Part shown: positions 60,730 to 64,000 of the stretch, in pieces | How the letters are laid out: every line of letters starts with the position of its first letter | Position numbering within the stretch: the first letter of the stretch is position 1 | Source: Squalus acanthias | Taxonomy: Eukaryota | Assembly (NCBI GenBank): GCA_030390025.1 | Contig: CM059432.1 | Location: forward strand, 28,956,001-29,020,000 | Length of the DNA stretch: 64,000 bases | Reading direction: 5' to 3' | Made by a program: the position numbers and the translations under genes | The notes under the pieces: generated by a model | The model's database searches: none | Seen by the model: only the letters and a program-made list of their open reading frames with translations | What the model was told of the DNA's origin: nothing

Positions 60730-62689
60730 GATAGAAATAGCCATCCAAGGATAGGTACTCCTGATTGGTGGCCCCAGGTGCCAATCATTATGACAACACA
60801 GGAGATCTGCGTGCAGAACATCCTAGAAGCTTGCTATCAGCCTTTTAATAAGAGATAAGTGTCAAAATGTTTTAAATACTGACTGATAGCTCCTTCCAGA
60901 TTCTGCAGTACTTACAGTCACAACAGAACTTCTCACTCTCATTCTTTTACTTAAAAGAAGCTGTATGACATTTGACACTGTGTTTAACCTGGCATGAATA
61001 AAACTTCTAACTAGTTAAATCATCTGACCTTGTACTTGACCCTGAGCTGACTTAAGTTGACCTTCCTTTCTGAAAATCTAAATACAGATCCACCAGAGTC
61101 ACTATAGGTTGACCGAACCCACTTACACTAGCCAAAGCCAGACATGCCCCATTGTTTGGTAATGATTGGCTCTAGTTTGGGAGTATGATGGCTGTGTGCT
61201 TTAATATAGTACATATTAGCATTGCTTTGGTTGTGTTTATTGGAGCTCTTGCTTGCTGTAAGCAGAGAAGATGCTTCATCTAAGAGTTGTTTTGATTGTG
61301 GAATTGAGTATGGATCAAATTCAAGATTTTCCATATTGATTGTGACTGGGCGAATTCATAAATCTACTGAGAACAAGTGACTGTATTCTGTTTCTCCGAT
61401 ATGTTTCTTTGCCAAATTTCTTCCTCCTGGCCTTGACTGCTTGCTGCGCTACCCTGCCACGGACACCAAGCCTCCCTCCAGTTGTCGCCTTTCAAACATA
61501 AGCCTTGATAATGGGTGCTGCTAGGTTATTCAACCACAGAGGCATCATAACTGTCCTCATCTGATGTTCACACCCACACTTCCTGCAGGAGTCAATGTAA
61601 ACTGAGCAGAAGCAGGAACCACAAAAACCTTTCCGAACCCTAACCCTAGGATGCTGAGAGTAATTGTTGAATCTGTACTGCTGTCCATGTAACTCGGCAC
61701 TGACTGAAAATTAAACCCAAGACCGTCCTGGTCTGGATGAGTTGGGCGCTCATGTCATCGGTGGAGACCTATTTATTTAACACTTTTTAAATTCTCACCA
61801 TGCCTCATGTAGTTTGGAATTTTACAAAGGGTACTGGGAATTATTTTTGCCACTCCTCTAATAAACAGCAGTCCCTACCCATGATCTGTGAATATTTTCA
61901 GTGTATATGTACGTGTGAATACAGGGAGAGCAATAATAGGCGTGACATTTGTGATAAGTAAGAGTGACACAGATTGCAAATCCGCTTAAACACGGAGCTG
62001 GGTTCAATTTTAAGATGAACAACAAAATTGGTTACATTTATAAACTAAAGGAAGTGATTGTCACTCTTAATGAGTGATTCTTGGGAAGTTTATTGTGTGT
62101 GTGTGTCCTTCTTTATGTAATACTTTTCCCTGAATAAATAATTCTTTCAGTTCAGTGCTTGTCTGCTGAGCAGTTGGAGAGTGGACAGGCGGACCAGCTC
62201 AAAGACCTCTGTCAATGTTGCCTTTGCCCACGCACTAGATGACATGAGGATCCCAGGCAGATTGTTCTGGTCTGACAATGCCTCTTACCTCCCCCTCGCC
62301 CCACTCTGCACTTGCCATCTTCCTAGTCCATATAATGCAAATCAGCGAATGAATAGAGTGTGGAATCAAATTTGGATCCTTTTGTTGTGTGATTTCACTC
62401 TTTGGCACACAGCATCACCCCAGAGGAATAATATTTTTAAAAAAGCTTTCCATTCCTGAAAGACTGATTTTTAAAAAACATTGACTTAAGGACACTGCAA
62501 TTGGCTTCAATGTCCCTGAGCTAAGGAAGAGAAGAATCAGCCAAGGATCCTTGCTCCTGATTACTCTCTTTGCGATTCTGCTGGAAAGTGCAGCTGTGTG
62601 GACATTAGATGAATAGTCTCCTGACACATGAAGTAAGTAAACTAAGGTGAGGCTCCAGAGTATGCCTATTATCCATGGAATTGTATCTC

Positions 62690-63068
62690 AGGAAGGCTGA
62701 TTGAGGTGTACAAAATTATCAAGGGCATAGATAGGGTAGATAGAAAGGAACTTTTCCCCTTAGTAGAGGAGTCAATAACAAGGGGGCATAGTTTCAAGGT
62801 AAGGGGCAGGAGGTTTAGAGGGGATTTGAGGAAAAACTTTTTCACCCAGAGGGTGGTTGGAATCTGGAACTCACTGCCTGAAAGGATGGTAGAGGCAGGA
62901 ACCCTCACAACTTTCAAGAAGCATTTAGATGAGCACTTGAAACGCCATAGCATACAAGGCTACGGACCAAGTGCTGGAAAATGGGATTAGAATAGACAGG
63001 GCTTGATGGCCGGCGCGGACACAATGGGCCGAAGGGCCTCTTTCTGTGCTGTATAACTCTATGACTAT
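62690..63068 (+). mobile_element. CR1 3' end
   Basis: IEVYKIIKGIDRV...KNFFTQRVVGIWNSLP; (ctatga)n tail. Confidence 0.9.
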
Positions 63069-63404
63069 GAAAGTGAAGGGGGGGGGATGTTAAATAAATT
63101 GGTGGTGGCGGGGGGTTGCGGGGGGAGGCAAAATATTCAAGGCTGTTGATAGTTACATTTGTAATCATCCAAAACTCGTCCAGCTGTTTTTGTGAATGTG
63201 TATGTGGAATTTGAGGGTTCAGAGGACCAGAGCTGAAATGTGTGTAACAAAGATTTTGCATTGAGATACTCATTAAGTTCTGGGATGATAAGAACATAGG
63301 AAAATGCAGGATTATAAATACAGGAATCTGCAGTCATCCGTCTGGTCTCAAAAACTAATACCCTCAATCATCCACTTAAATGTTTCCACACTCTACTGCC
63401 TTCC

Positions 63405-63720
63405 TAGGAGAGATACAGAGGTACAGAAGGAGGGACAGATATAAAGACCAAAAGAAAAAAGATCGATTAAAATGGGAGAAGGACAGAGGCACACACACAC
63501 ACACACACACATACACAGACAAACAGAAGCAGAGACCAGATCACAACATGGAAGACACAGACACACAGAGAGATAGAGGCACACAGAGAAAGGGGGACAC
63601 ATGCTAAGGCAGAGCCTGAAATATAGAGACACTGTGAGAGAGAAGACACACAGAGAGAAAGATAGAGACAGAGAGAGATTACTGTGTGACATTAATGAGC
63701 GAGTGTGTGATCAGTGATAA
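63405..63720 (+). repeat. (CA)n and degenerate (GACA/GAGA) microsatellite region
   Basis: Directly visible. Confidence 0.8.
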
Positions 63721-64000
63721 CTATCTACACTAATCAGACAGATGGGAAAAATGCTTTGCGTCAGCAATTTGCAAACTGTGAATGAACTAAAGTCCAACCA
63801 TTGCCACCCTGTCCATGATGCAATGGAGAGTGGGGACCCGCTGATAACCATCAGACCCTGGCTTCCCTCTCAGACAGAACCCATCCATCTTAGTCAGCAG
63901 GTGTTGCATGTTAGCAGTAATTGTTCAGATTCATCCCACTGCCTCCAGGATTTTACAATTTAATCTCTCATTCTGTGTTGGAACAGCCGCTCCCTAGCCC

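Overview
Vertebrate, very likely shark/cartilaginous-fish DNA (HE1-type V-SINE, HER1/CR1 LINEs, Deu-domain SINEs). I can support no intact host protein-coding gene. The window is a dense, nested transposon landscape. It holds four two-gene PIF/Harbinger transposons (HARBI1-like DDE transposase plus spliced Myb/SANT partner; three with both TIRs and 3-bp TSDs resolved), at least 8 Harbinger-type MITEs, and many 5'-truncated CR1 LINEs, including a subfamily with a duplicated 3' tail. It also holds a decayed Gypsy element (short LTR, tRNA-Ser PBS), two unrelated 1.5-1.7 kb solo LTRs (TG..CA, 4-bp TSD) that split other elements' genes, L2/SINE remnants, and TE-free islands that look like enhancers. 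The most notable signal is five minimal type-I hammerhead ribozyme motifs of two Penelope-like families. One is linked to a GIY-YIG-type ORF end and a 13-bp TSD, two show compensatory stem-I changes, and one sits at the fold-back point of a ~167-bp palindromic insertion with a 12-bp TSD. All calls are by eye; ends without a TSD are approximate.
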